NCBI GenBank assembly: GCA_964462715.1
Contig: CAYWYW010000001.1
Span: forward strand, 1-55,544
DNA from: an uncultured Oscillibacter sp.
GTDB lineage: Bacteria; Bacillota; Clostridia; Oscillospirales; Oscillospiraceae
Length of the DNA stretch: 55,544 nt
Direction: 5' to 3'
Shown here: positions 8,879 through 18,801 of the stretch, one piece after another
How the letters are laid out: the number at the start of each line of letters is the position of its first letter
How positions within the stretch are numbered: position 1 is the stretch's first letter
Position numbers and translations under genes: made by a program
Notes under the pieces: model-generated
Seen by the model: the letters and a program-made list of their open reading frames with translations, nothing else
The model's database searches: none
What the model was told of the DNA's origin: nothing

Positions 8879-9790
8879 TCAGTTCATGCCCAGCTGCTCC
8901 ATCAGCTTGTCAATCTCATCGAGAACCAGCTGGGGAGTCTTTGCGCGAACCATGAAGTAGGGGCGGCCTGCGGCATATTTGGCACAGAAAGCACCGCGCG
9001 CCTGACGCCGATCCTCTTCATCAATGATAGGCATAACCAGACCGTCACCGCCGGACAGCAGCTGGTTCATACCAAAGAAGTTCATCATGGAGTGATAGCT
9101 CTGATAAGCGGCCTCAAACTGACCCATCTGCTTGACCTCGGTCTTGAACCAACCGTCAATGCAGGGCATGATGGCCAGATCCATCTGGATGGGTTCGTCG
9201 CGCATTTCCATGGTGGGCTCATCACCAAAGAACATCTTCACGCCCTCGTCCTGGTTGGCCAGATCGGAACGCTCAGTACCCTTGGCGCGCTTGCGGACAT
9301 AGATGTTCTTGGAGCCGTACAGGGCGATACCGGTCTCATCATCCATCACGGTAGTCTCGGTGGAGAAAACCTGAGCACCGCGCTTGCAGGCCTCCAGCTG
9401 CGTCATGGACTTGCCGTGGTTGTTCTCGCCGCCCACCAGCAGGATGCCGTGGCCTTTATAGACAACGGAGGAAGAGTGGAAGGGGTGCATACCGCATTTA
9501 TCCATCTCATTGGCCAGCATGGAGACCATGATCTTGTTCAGCTCGCCCTCTTCCCAGAAGGAATCGAGGATCAGCTGGTGATCCACATAGCGGATGGCCT
9601 TCTTAGGCTCGTCATAGTTCCAGATGATGTCGGGCTTGGCCTTGGTGACCTCGTGAGAAACTTCAACGGTTCCCAGACGATAGTTCAAAAAGGACATATC
9701 CTCGGCAATGCCGGTGCGCTCAGGGCCGCCTACCACATCGAAACGCAGGACCGCCTTGCCGCTCTTCAGTTCTTCAGTAAAAACGCTCAT
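8879..9790 (-). CDS. HPr-kinase-like P-loop protein
   Basis: FHSSSV-x-GILLVGGENNHGKS resembles the HprK-related LHASAV...G-x4-GKS pattern. Confidence 0.55.
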   Translation of the reverse strand: MSVFTEELKSGKAVLRFDVVGGPERTGIAEDMSFLNYRLGTVEVSHEVTKAKPDIIWNYDEPKKAIRYVDHQLILDSFWEEGELNKIMVSMLANEMDKCGMHPFHSSSVVYKGHGILLVGGENNHGKSMTQLEACKRGAQVFSTETTVMDDETGIALYGSKNIYVRKRAKGTERSDLANQDEGVKMFFGDEPTMEMRDEPIQMDLAIMPCIDGWFKTEVKQMGQFEAAYQSYHSMMNFFGMNQLLSGGDGLVMPIIDEEDRRQARGAFCAKYAAGRPYFMVRAKTPQLVLDEIDKLMEQLGMN

Positions 9791-9824
9791 ATTACAGGTC
9801 TCCTTATCGAAATTGGTGTGTTTT

Positions 9825-10787
9825 TTACTTCATGGTGGTGATGGGACGGGACTGGAGCAGGTAGACTTGGCCGTCCACAATGGCCCACTCAATATCCTCG
9901 GGCTTCTTGTAGAAGGCCTCGATCTTCTTGGCCAGCTCCACCAGTTGGTTGCGCTCGTCATCCGTCAGGACGGGAGCCTCCCGCAGCTCCTCGGGAACGG
10001 GAATTTCCTTGGTGCCGCCCCGCTCGCTGAGACGGACCACCATGGTCTCCTTTTCGGAGATGTATTCGGTGGTGATCTCGCCGGTGTGCTTGTTGATCCA
10101 CAGATTGTCGGGGGTCACGATGCCGGACACGATAGCCTCGCCCAGACCCCAGGCGGCTTCCAGAATCACGGTGTCGTGGTCGTTTGTGATGGGGTTGGAG
10201 GTGAACATGACACCGGCCTTCTGGGCACTGACCATGCACTGAACCACCACGGCGATGGAGATGCTGCGCTCGTCGAAGTTCTTCTCCTTGCGGTAGAAGA
10301 TAGCCCGGTCGTTATACAGGGAGGCCCAGCACTCCTTGATGTATTTCACCACGTCATCGTTGCCGATGACAAAGAGGAAGGTCTCCTGCTGGCCGGCGAA
10401 GCTGGCGTCATCCAGATCCTCGGCAGTGCCGCTGGAACGGACGGCCACAGGCTCGTGACCGCTGCCGATCTGGGAGTAGAAGGAGACGATAGCCTCGGCC
10501 ATCTCCTGGGGCACAGGGGAGTCGATGATGCGCTGACGGATCTCGGCGGCCACGGAGATCAGGGAGGCGTCACTGGAGAAATCGATGGTGGCCAGTTTTT
10601 CAAAGACATAGTCCCACAGACCATTGGCTTCCATAAACGCATTGAACATTTCAGAACGGACGATAAAGCCCTTGGGAACGGGAAGACCGGCCCGGGACAT
10701 ACGGCACAGGCTGGCGCCCTTGCCGCCGGCCGCACTGCCCAACGCCTCGTCGGGGATTTCGTCAAACCATGCCAGATACTGATTCAT
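9825..10787 (-). CDS. PEP-synthase/dikinase ATP-binding (ATP-grasp) subunit
   Basis: GGKGASL, VAVRSSGTAEDLDDASFAGQQET, WGLGEAIVSG, DIEWA, LQSRPIT; no His domain. Confidence 0.92.
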   Translation of the reverse strand: MNQYLAWFDEIPDEALGSAAGGKGASLCRMSRAGLPVPKGFIVRSEMFNAFMEANGLWDYVFEKLATIDFSSDASLISVAAEIRQRIIDSPVPQEMAEAIVSFYSQIGSGHEPVAVRSSGTAEDLDDASFAGQQETFLFVIGNDDVVKYIKECWASLYNDRAIFYRKEKNFDERSISIAVVVQCMVSAQKAGVMFTSNPITNDHDTVILEAAWGLGEAIVSGIVTPDNLWINKHTGEITTEYISEKETMVVRLSERGGTKEIPVPEELREAPVLTDDERNQLVELAKKIEAFYKKPEDIEWAIVDGQVYLLQSRPITTMK

Positions 10788-10898
10788 TGTTGTTGTTCCT
10801 TTCTAGGTCCCGTCGGGAGTTGGGCGGGAGTAATGATTTCGTATTGGAAAAACTGTGCGGCACGCCGGGATCCCGGGTGCCGCACAGGTGAGGACAAA

Positions 10899-12608
10899 TC
10901 AGCCGATCACTTCCACGACACCGTGAGTGCCGTCAACGCGGACCTTGTCGCCGGTCTTGATGAGCTGGGTAGCGCGGCGGGTGCCAACAACGCAGGGAAC
11001 ACCAAACTCACGGGCGACCACGGCGGGGTGGGACAGGGCGCCGCCGGTATCGGTGATCAGAGCGGAGATCTTGGAGAAGGAGACGACCCAGGCGGGGTTG
11101 GTCATCTTGCAGACCAGAACCTCGCCGTCCTTGACGGAATCCAGCTCGGAGGGGTCATACACCAGATGGGCAATGCCTTCCTGAACACCGGGGCAGCCGG
11201 GGATGCCCTTCAGGACGGTCTTGCTGATCTCGGCCTTTTCGGCCTGTTCCTTCAGCTCGGCCTCGAACTTCTGGGGATAGCCCCACAGGGTCTTGTAAGG
11301 CTCGTTGTAGACCTGCCACTCGGTAGCGGTGCCGTACCACTCCTGGGGATGACGCTTGCGGGCTTCCTCCATCTCGGCGCGGCGGGTCTTGACCAGCTCC
11401 TTAACGGGATAATCGGAGCAGCAGGCGCAGCGGATCTCGTCATACTTCAGCATGAAGATATCCTCGGCGTCGTCCAGAATACCCTCGCGGACCATGGCCT
11501 TGCCGATCTGGACGAAGGCGACGCGCATGTGAGAGTAGACGCCCTGGTCGATGTAGAAGTGATGGTCGGGGGTGATAGGAGCCATCTTCACGCACAGCTC
11601 CAGATAGTGCTTGAGCTTTGCCAGCTCCTCGGGGTCGCTGACCATGGAGTAGAGCTGCTCGATAGCCTCCTTCTGGGACTGCATGCAGGCATCGTACTCA
11701 GCGTTGTAATCGTAGTTGTTGTTGACATAGGTGCGGACGGCCTCGTAAGCGGGGGTGGGGTCTTCGTACCAGGTCTTGTAGATGAACTCGTGGGTGTACA
11801 TGGCCTTGAAGCCGTACTCGTTGCGGTAAGCATCCATCATCTCCAGGAACTTTTCGCTGCCGGGGACGTCGGCGACCTTGGCCATGATCTCGGCGTTGTC
11901 GGTGGTGGAGAGGAACAGCTCCTTCAGAGCGGGAACACGGCAGACCTCTTCCTTCATCTCCCACAGGGCCTTCAGGGAGTCCCAGTTGCGGTCGGCGGGG
12001 GAGACGTTGATCTTGCCGATGAGGACATCGTCAGCGCCGGCAGCCTTGGCGGCGTTGGTGAAGTCCGTGGAAGCCTGGAACTGGGCCAGGTTGATGATCC
12101 AGTGGATGCGGAAGGCCTCGGACTTCATGTCCAGCATATCCTCCATGTGGATCATGATCTCGGGCAGGGACTTGTGCTCGAAATCGCAGTCCAGCATAGC
12201 GTTCTGGATCTCCTTCAGGCGGGGAATGTACATCTTGTGCCAACGGTCCAGGAAGGTGTCGGCGTAGATGGGCATGACCTTGACGTAATAGTCGAACATG
12301 GGGCCGATCTTGTCGGCGTCCATCTCGGGGGGAACGACGGCGGAGTAGACATAGCCGCCGATATTCTTGGCGATCCACGCCTTACCGATAGGAGCGCCGA
12401 ACCGCTGATACATATAAGTGCAGTCGGAACCCCAGCGGCCGTCGCAGTCCCACCAGCCGCCGACGTCGAAGTACAGGGGGGAGATGGGATTGGGGCAGTG
12501 CAGGTCATCGTAGAACCACATCAGGCTCTTTTCCTGCTCGTCTTTCCATTCGATGGGGAAGCGGTCGTCCGTGAACTTTGTGGCAAGGATCTTGGAAGTG
12601 TCACTCAT
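10899..12608 (-). CDS. PEP-utilising enzyme: substrate-binding plus phospho-His swivel subunit
   Basis: C-terminal TDTGGALSHPAVVAREFGVPCVVGT phospho-His motif; long helical N-terminal domain. Confidence 0.88.
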   Translation of the reverse strand: MSDTSKILATKFTDDRFPIEWKDEQEKSLMWFYDDLHCPNPISPLYFDVGGWWDCDGRWGSDCTYMYQRFGAPIGKAWIAKNIGGYVYSAVVPPEMDADKIGPMFDYYVKVMPIYADTFLDRWHKMYIPRLKEIQNAMLDCDFEHKSLPEIMIHMEDMLDMKSEAFRIHWIINLAQFQASTDFTNAAKAAGADDVLIGKINVSPADRNWDSLKALWEMKEEVCRVPALKELFLSTTDNAEIMAKVADVPGSEKFLEMMDAYRNEYGFKAMYTHEFIYKTWYEDPTPAYEAVRTYVNNNYDYNAEYDACMQSQKEAIEQLYSMVSDPEELAKLKHYLELCVKMAPITPDHHFYIDQGVYSHMRVAFVQIGKAMVREGILDDAEDIFMLKYDEIRCACCSDYPVKELVKTRRAEMEEARKRHPQEWYGTATEWQVYNEPYKTLWGYPQKFEAELKEQAEKAEISKTVLKGIPGCPGVQEGIAHLVYDPSELDSVKDGEVLVCKMTNPAWVVSFSKISALITDTGGALSHPAVVAREFGVPCVVGTRRATQLIKTGDKVRVDGTHGVVEVIG

Positions 12609-12844
12609 GATGATTCTCCTTTTCTTTTTTTTGATGCCAAAAGAAAGAACTTGCTTCTCAGGTTGGTCTGCTCAATCGAATTATCGAAAATCGATTGCAA
12701 CAGATGAGGGAAATAAGGGATGGTCAATAACCGAGGACAAATAAATGCGAGAAATTTTAAGAAAGCGCCCGGATAATGGTTGCTTTCGGGTAACTTGGGT
12801 GCTATGCTCAAAAACATAAAGGATGTAATTGAACTTGCTGAAAT

Positions 12845-12860
12845 TCGATAATCGATTATT
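12845..12860. promoter_or_regulatory. Putative GntR operator in the divergent promoter region
   Basis: TCGATAATCGATTATT; related motif at 12674-12696. Confidence 0.6.
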
Positions 12861-12953
12861 GACGGTTAAATCGTAAACAAATTTGCACAGAAAGTCAAGA
12901 CAGAAATTGCAGATTTTAGGCAAAATACTGACTAAAAAGGAGCGCTGGATTTT

Positions 12954-13706
12954 ATGCAATTAAGCAAAATGATTCCGGAAGTGGACACCCATACCCATAC
13001 CATCCTCTCCGGACATGCCTGGTCTACCCTCGGTGAGAACTGCCGCGCCGCGCGGGAAAAGGGGATGAAAGGCCTGTGCCTGACCGAGCACGGACCGGCC
13101 ATCGAATGCGGCGCCCCTTCTTATATCCCCCACAGCCAAAGGATGCTGCCGGAGGTGGTGGAGGGCATCCGGGTCTATAAAGGCGTGGAAGTCAACATTC
13201 TGGATCATGAGGACCATTTGGATATTCCGCCTGAATATTTGAAGTTCTGTGAATTTGCCATTGCCAGCATTCACACCCATATGTTTCCCGAGCGGGATAT
13301 GGCGGAGGCCAACACGGCAACCTATTGCAATATCTTGAAAAATCCGTATATCGACATCATCGGCCACGCGGACGATCCTTCTGTCCCCTGCGATTTTGAA
13401 GCGATGGTGCAAGCGGCGCAGGCTCATGGAAAGCTGCTGGAGCTGAACAACAACTCCACCACCGCCCACCGGCCGGGCAGCCTGCCTTCCCTGAAACGCT
13501 ATATTCTCTGCTGCAAGGAGCATCGTCAGCGGGTATGTGTAGCCAGCGACGCCCATTTCTATACCATGGTTGGCAGCGTGACGCCGCTGATGACGCTGCT
13601 GGAGGAGCTGGATTTCCCGCAGGAATTGATCGTAAATCTGACAAAAGAACGGTTCGATGCTTATTTGGAAGAGAGAAAACAGCGTCTTGCGGCAATCACG
13701 GATTGA
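12954..13706 (+). CDS. PHP-domain phosphatase (YcdX-like)
   Basis: DTHTHT, TEHGP, GVE, SIH, IIGH, SDAH metal ligands. Confidence 0.9.
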   Translation: MQLSKMIPEVDTHTHTILSGHAWSTLGENCRAAREKGMKGLCLTEHGPAIECGAPSYIPHSQRMLPEVVEGIRVYKGVEVNILDHEDHLDIPPEYLKFCEFAIASIHTHMFPERDMAEANTATYCNILKNPYIDIIGHADDPSVPCDFEAMVQAAQAHGKLLELNNNSTTAHRPGSLPSLKRYILCCKEHRQRVCVASDAHFYTMVGSVTPLMTLLEELDFPQELIVNLTKERFDAYLEERKQRLAAITD

Positions 13707-13750
13707 CAAACCATGTTTTATCATATAGTATAAAAACGATAATCGATTAT
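13703..13750 (+). promoter_or_regulatory. Sigma-A promoter with adjacent operator
   Basis: TTGACA(13703)-N17-TAGTAT followed by CGATAATCGATTAT (13737-13750). Confidence 0.65.
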
Positions 13751-13786
13751 AATAGACGAACAACGCTTGCAGGAGGATGGATGCCT

Positions 13787-14494
13787 ATGGCCAGAAACGA
13801 AACCAAAAAGGATATCGCGAAAGGCACACTCAGAAAGGAGATCCGGAGCTACATTCAGGAGCAGATCGCAAGCGGACGGTTTAAAGCGGGAGACCGGATC
13901 GTAGAGACGCAGCTGGCCAAGGAATTGAATGTGTCTCAGGCTCCGGTGCGGGAAGCCATATTGGAGCTGGCGGCGATGGGGCTTTTGGAGGAGAGGCCGT
14001 ATTCCGGCTCCTTTGTCAGGCAGTTGACCGCGGCGGATATCGAGGATATCTATAATACACGGGCGTTTATCGACGAGTATGCGGCACGGCAGGCGGCCAA
14101 GCGCATTACAGATGAACAGCTGGCAGAGATGGAAGCACTGCTGCACCGGATGGACGCAGCGAAGGATATCCACGAGTTCGTGGAAATGGACATCACCTTC
14201 CATGGATTGGTGGTGGATGCGGCTGGCAGTCCGGCGCTGAAGCGGATGTGGGACGGCCTCCGTCTGGTGGAATGGACGGGGCTGTCTGCGGCGGTGACGC
14301 AAAATTCCCTTTCGGAACTGGCGAAGCAGCATTGGGATATCTATGGCATGTTAAAAAAACACGCCGACCATACCGTCGGCGCCTATATGTTCTTACATAT
14401 CAAAAATTTCGGAGACGAGCTGAAGCGCTACTTCGCCAAGACTGGTGGAGCGTTGCTGACGCTGGATGATTTCGAGGAAAGGAGCATCCTATGA
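13787..14494 (+). CDS. GntR (FadR/FCD) transcriptional regulator
   Basis: wHTH IVETQLAKELNVSQAPVREA; FCD domain FHGLVV; RBS AGGAGG. Confidence 0.92.
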   Translation: MARNETKKDIAKGTLRKEIRSYIQEQIASGRFKAGDRIVETQLAKELNVSQAPVREAILELAAMGLLEERPYSGSFVRQLTAADIEDIYNTRAFIDEYAARQAAKRITDEQLAEMEALLHRMDAAKDIHEFVEMDITFHGLVVDAAGSPALKRMWDGLRLVEWTGLSAAVTQNSLSELAKQHWDIYGMLKKHADHTVGAYMFLHIKNFGDELKRYFAKTGGALLTLDDFEERSIL

Positions 14495-16869
14495 TGCAGG
14501 AAGGCCGCGACTGGGACCGTTTGGTCGTCAGCCGCAAAGATACCACAGGTGAAGAAGCGGTCATTGGACATACGCAGATCCGCAAGGGCGGCATTGCCAA
14601 GGTCACCGGGACCGCCCAGTTCGGTGCGGATGTGGACCAGCCGGGACAGCTCTATGGCGCTGTTCTTCACAGCCCCTATGCCCACGCCCGGGTTTTGGGA
14701 GTCCATACGGAAAAGGCCCAGGCGCTGCCCGGTGTTCGGGCTGTGGTCGTTGGTTCGGATTTTCCCACCCTTTACGGGTCTTTTATTGCCGACCAGCCCA
14801 TCGTGGCGCAGGAAAAGGTGCGCTATCAGGGTGAGCCGGTGGCGGCGGTGGCCGCCGACACGGAGGAACTGGCCCATGAGGCTGTGCGGCTCATCGAGGT
14901 GGAGTACGAGCCGCTGCCGGTGGTGAATGACCTGGAGACCTCTATGAAAAACGAGGTTTTGATCCATGAGGACTGGAGCCGGTATGATTGCAGCAGCGCC
15001 TGCTTCCCCCAGCAGGGAACGAATATTGGAGACCAGTATCACCTGAAAAAGGGAGATGTGGAAAAGGGCTTCGCCGAGGCGGACGAGATCGTGGAGAGCG
15101 AGTTCTCCTGCGGGATGCTGCAGCACACCACGATCGAGACACACACCGCCACAGCTAAAGCGGACCCGGTATCCGGAGAGATCCATATTTGGTCGCCCAG
15201 CCAGTCTCCCTTTAGCATCCGGGGGCTGCTGGCCAAGACCTTCCATGTGCCGCTGGAAAAGGTGCGGCTTACCGTTACAGAAATTGGCGGCGGCTTTGGC
15301 GGCAAATATGAGGTCCGCTGCGAACCCATTGCCATCGCCCTGTCCTTGAAGGCGAAGGGCCGCCCGGTGAAGCTGACTTACCGGCGGGACGAGGAGTTTG
15401 CCGCCACCGTCTGCCGCTCTCCCGTCCACATGCATATCAAAACCGGCGTGAAGCGGGACGGAACGCTGACGGCGCAGCAGGTGACCATCGAGTGGGATGC
15501 CGGCGCCTATGTGACCACCAATCCCCGGGTGGATTACAACGCGGGCTTTGCTGCCAATGGCCCCTATAAGCTGCCCAACGCCCAGGTGGACGGCTATGTG
15601 TACATGACAAACAAGACGCTGGGTACCGCTTACCGCGGCTTCGGCGTGACGGAAGTGGCCACGGCCCACGAGCGGCAGATGGACCTGATCGCGGAGCGGC
15701 TGGGGATGGACCCTCTGGAGCTGCGTCTGAAAAACGTGCTGCGGAACGGAGATACCGGCATCACCGGCGAAACCATGCAGACCATGGCAGTGGCGGAGTG
15801 CCTGGAAGGCGCCGCCGCCAACGTGGACTGGAACGCCCTGCCTGACCGCTGGGTGGATGAGGAGGGCAACCTCTGCGGCAAGGGCATCGCCTGCTTCAAC
15901 AAGCTGACAGGAACCCCCTCCACCACGTCCGTTCTGGTAAAGATGAACGAGAACGGCTCTTTGTACATCATGTCCGCCAGCACGGAGATGGGACAGGGCG
16001 TCACCACGACGCTGCCCCAGATTGCAGCCCAGGCGCTGGGTATGGATCTGGAAAAAATCAGTGTGGCGCCTGTGGATACCGCCATCACGCCTTACGACAA
16101 GACGACGACCTCCTCCCGCTCCACCTTCCACTCCGGCAACGCGGTCCTGGAGGCATGTGCAGATATCAAGGACCAGCTTTGCCGCCTGGCAGCCCTGAAG
16201 TTCAAGGTAGATGCGGCTGAGGTGGAATACACGGCTGAGGGCTACATCCAGTGCAGAACAGACCCGAACAAGCGTATCCACATCAATGATGTGGGCAAGT
16301 CCGGCATCCTGCATGAACAGGCGCCGGTGGCCGCTATCGGCCGGTATGGGACCTCTGACATTTTTGATCCGCCCCCGGTGGACGGACGCCAGTCCAAGCG
16401 TCCCACGGTCATGTGGATGCACGGCGCTCAGGCGGCCATTGTGGCAGTAAATCCCAAGACCGGCCGGGTGCAGGTGAAAAAGGTGGGCGCCGCCCATGAC
16501 GTGGGCAAGGCCATCAACCCCACTGGCTGTCTCCAGCAGATCGAGGGCTCTATCATCATGGGTCTGGGCCATGCACTGATGGAGGAGATGATTTACGAGG
16601 ACGGCAAGCTCCGCAATGGCAACATGGTGGACTATAAGGTGCCCACCTTCATGGATTCCGACGTGGAGATGAAGATCACCCTGGTGGAGCAGGCGCACCC
16701 GGAGGGACCCTATGGCGTCAAGGGCATCGGCGAGCCGGGCCTGGCGCCCACCGCCGCCGCCATCGTCAATGCGGTGTGCCACGCCTGCAACGAGGACTTT
16801 ACGTCCATCCCCATCAAGCCGGAACACGTTCTGTTCAGAAAGGAGCGCGGCAATGCTTCCCAAATTTGA
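14491..16869 (+). CDS. Xanthine dehydrogenase family molybdopterin-binding subunit
   Basis: IGGGFGGK, AYRGFG, EMGQG, QIEGS, KGIGEP motifs. Confidence 0.93.
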   Translation: MMQEGRDWDRLVVSRKDTTGEEAVIGHTQIRKGGIAKVTGTAQFGADVDQPGQLYGAVLHSPYAHARVLGVHTEKAQALPGVRAVVVGSDFPTLYGSFIADQPIVAQEKVRYQGEPVAAVAADTEELAHEAVRLIEVEYEPLPVVNDLETSMKNEVLIHEDWSRYDCSSACFPQQGTNIGDQYHLKKGDVEKGFAEADEIVESEFSCGMLQHTTIETHTATAKADPVSGEIHIWSPSQSPFSIRGLLAKTFHVPLEKVRLTVTEIGGGFGGKYEVRCEPIAIALSLKAKGRPVKLTYRRDEEFAATVCRSPVHMHIKTGVKRDGTLTAQQVTIEWDAGAYVTTNPRVDYNAGFAANGPYKLPNAQVDGYVYMTNKTLGTAYRGFGVTEVATAHERQMDLIAERLGMDPLELRLKNVLRNGDTGITGETMQTMAVAECLEGAAANVDWNALPDRWVDEEGNLCGKGIACFNKLTGTPSTTSVLVKMNENGSLYIMSASTEMGQGVTTTLPQIAAQALGMDLEKISVAPVDTAITPYDKTTTSSRSTFHSGNAVLEACADIKDQLCRLAALKFKVDAAEVEYTAEGYIQCRTDPNKRIHINDVGKSGILHEQAPVAAIGRYGTSDIFDPPPVDGRQSKRPTVMWMHGAQAAIVAVNPKTGRVQVKKVGAAHDVGKAINPTGCLQQIEGSIIMGLGHALMEEMIYEDGKLRNGNMVDYKVPTFMDSDVEMKITLVEQAHPEGPYGVKGIGEPGLAPTAAAIVNAVCHACNEDFTSIPIKPEHVLFRKERGNASQI

Positions 16870-17716
16870 ACTGTATATGCCCACCGACCTGTCGGAGGCC
16901 TGCCGCCTGAAAGGTGAGGGCGCTGAGGTCGTAGCCGGCGGTACGGATGTATTCGTCAATATGCACGGCGGCAAGGACCGCTCCGCCAAAGTGGTGGATG
17001 TGAAGAACGTCCCGGAGCTTCAGGGTCATACTTTTGACCCTGCGACCGGCCTGGACCTGGGGGCACTGACGACCCACCGGGAAATCGAACTGTGGGATGT
17101 GATCAAGCAGCATTACCGGGCCATGTTCGAGGGCTGCTCCCGGGTTGGTTCCGTGCAGATTCGCACCCGGGGCACCTTGGGCGGCAATATCTGCAACGGC
17201 GCTCCTTCCGCGGACAGCATCGGCCCCATGCTGGTCCATGACGCAAGGGTCGTTGTGGCCGGACCTTCCGGTGAGCGGGAGGTGCCGCTGAAGGACTTTT
17301 ACCTGGGCCTGAAAAAGCTGGATATGGGGCCGGACGAGCTGCTGAAGCGCATCCGTATCCCTGCGCCCCCGGCACATTCCGGCAGCTTTTATATCAAATA
17401 CACCCGCCGCAACGCCATGGACCTGGCGCTGCTGGGCGTGTCCGCCTATGTGGAGCTGGAGGGCGACGTGATGAAAACGGTACGGATCGCGCTGACCACT
17501 GCGGCTCCCACCCCTATCCGCGCGGAAAAGACCGAGGCACTGCTGACGGGAAAGACCGCTGCGCCGGAGCTGCTGGCAGAAGCCGGAAAGACCGTCCTGC
17601 AGGAGAGCCATCCCCGTTCCAGCTGGCGCTCCAGTGCGGAATTCCGTCTGGCGCTTCTGGAAGAACTGACCGTTCAGGCGCTGGAACAGGCCATCACACT
17701 GGCAAAGGAGGGCTGA
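16853..17716 (+). CDS. Xanthine dehydrogenase family FAD-binding subunit
   Basis: AGGTDV, QIRTRGTLGGNICNGAPSAD. Confidence 0.92.
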   Translation: MLPKFELYMPTDLSEACRLKGEGAEVVAGGTDVFVNMHGGKDRSAKVVDVKNVPELQGHTFDPATGLDLGALTTHREIELWDVIKQHYRAMFEGCSRVGSVQIRTRGTLGGNICNGAPSADSIGPMLVHDARVVVAGPSGEREVPLKDFYLGLKKLDMGPDELLKRIRIPAPPAHSGSFYIKYTRRNAMDLALLGVSAYVELEGDVMKTVRIALTTAAPTPIRAEKTEALLTGKTAAPELLAEAGKTVLQESHPRSSWRSSAEFRLALLEELTVQALEQAITLAKEG

Positions 17717-17719
17717 TCG

Positions 17720-18205
17720 ATGCAGCAAGTTACCATTCAGATCACGGTCAATGATGAGGTATATATCCGCACAGTTCCCGCAAACATGACACTGCTGCAG
17801 TTCCTGCGTGAGGAATTGCAGCTGACGGGCACGAAAGAGGGCTGCGACGAGGGAGAATGCGGTGCTTGCACCGTTCTGGTGGAAGGCCATCCCATGAATT
17901 CCTGCCTGGTGCTGGCGGCGGAGTTGGACGGTAAGCACGTTCTGACTGTGGAGGGCCTGGCTACGGATGGCCGTCTGCACCCGCTGCAGGAGGCATTTTT
18001 GGAGGTTGGCGCAGTCCAGTGCGGCTACTGCACGCCGGGAATGCTTCTTTCCGGCATTGCGCTGCTGAACCTGTACCCTCACCCCACAAGGGAACAGATC
18101 CGTAAGGAGATGGAGGGCAATATCTGCCGCTGTACCGGCTACGCCCGTATTGCGGACGCGATTATGCTGGCTGCGGAGCGCATCAACGGACCCGAAGAAA
18201 CTTGA
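17720..18205 (+). CDS. (2Fe-2S)-binding subunit
   Basis: GCDEGECGAC, QCGYC, NICRCTGY. Confidence 0.94.
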   Translation: MQQVTIQITVNDEVYIRTVPANMTLLQFLREELQLTGTKEGCDEGECGACTVLVEGHPMNSCLVLAAELDGKHVLTVEGLATDGRLHPLQEAFLEVGAVQCGYCTPGMLLSGIALLNLYPHPTREQIRKEMEGNICRCTGYARIADAIMLAAERINGPEET

Positions 18206-18207
18206 AG

Positions 18208-18633
18208 ATGGACGCAACCACGTATTTTTACAAGGGCGGTTTGAACTGCGCGGAAACGACTCTGCGCTGTCTGATCGAAGAGGGTGTGATCGATGCGCCT
18301 CCGGAGACAGTTCGGATGATGACCGGCTTTGGCGGCGGGATGCAGCGGGGGACGACCTGCGGCGCCGTGGTTGGCGCTGTGGCTGCCCTGGGATGGGTGA
18401 CCGGACGTACAGAACCGGAGCAGGCGCGGGAGCCTTCCGCAAAAGCAGTCCGGGAATTTCTGCGGGAATTTGAGAATTCGTTTGGTACCTTGAATTGCCG
18501 GGAATTGCAGGCTGCCTATGTGAGAGAACACGCCTTGAAGTCTAAGGGGATGTATCGAAGCTGTACTGTATTTGTGGAGCGGGCAATCGAATTGGTGCGT
18601 GATATTTTGGCACAAACAAACGTTGCGGAGTGA
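18208..18633 (+). CDS. C-GCAxxG-C-C family putative redox protein
   Basis: NCAE, GFGGG, TCGAVVG, NC, C pattern. Confidence 0.85.
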   Translation: MDATTYFYKGGLNCAETTLRCLIEEGVIDAPPETVRMMTGFGGGMQRGTTCGAVVGAVAALGWVTGRTEPEQAREPSAKAVREFLREFENSFGTLNCRELQAAYVREHALKSKGMYRSCTVFVERAIELVRDILAQTNVAE

Positions 18634-18636
18634 ATG

Positions 18637-18676
18637 AACAGGAGGCTGGTCGGGGCATCCGGCCAGCCTCCTGTTT
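18637..18676 (+). terminator. Intrinsic terminator after the Mo-enzyme operon
   Basis: AACAGGAGGCTGG...CCAGCCTCCTGTTT. Confidence 0.65.
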
Positions 18677-18801
18677 GAAAAAGCTAAAAAACTCTCATTA
18701 TTTTCAAGGCCTTTCAATAAAAATGTTTGCTTTCTCCAGAAAAATGTGGGAAAATAGGCAAAAGTATTTGGAGATGCAAGACAGATTGAAGGGTGAGTGC
18801 C

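Noticed and set aside
9825-12608. Frameshifted PEP synthase pseudogene or rifampin-resistance gene
   Set aside because: Two clean ORFs separated by a ~110-bp spacer with a stem-loop; gene order (His-domain subunit first) does not match a broken rph, and the context is catabolic
9708-12707. 999-aa plus-strand ORF (likewise 5404-7377, 14428-16989 and 22415-25117)
   Set aside because: Antisense shadows of well-supported genes on the opposite strand
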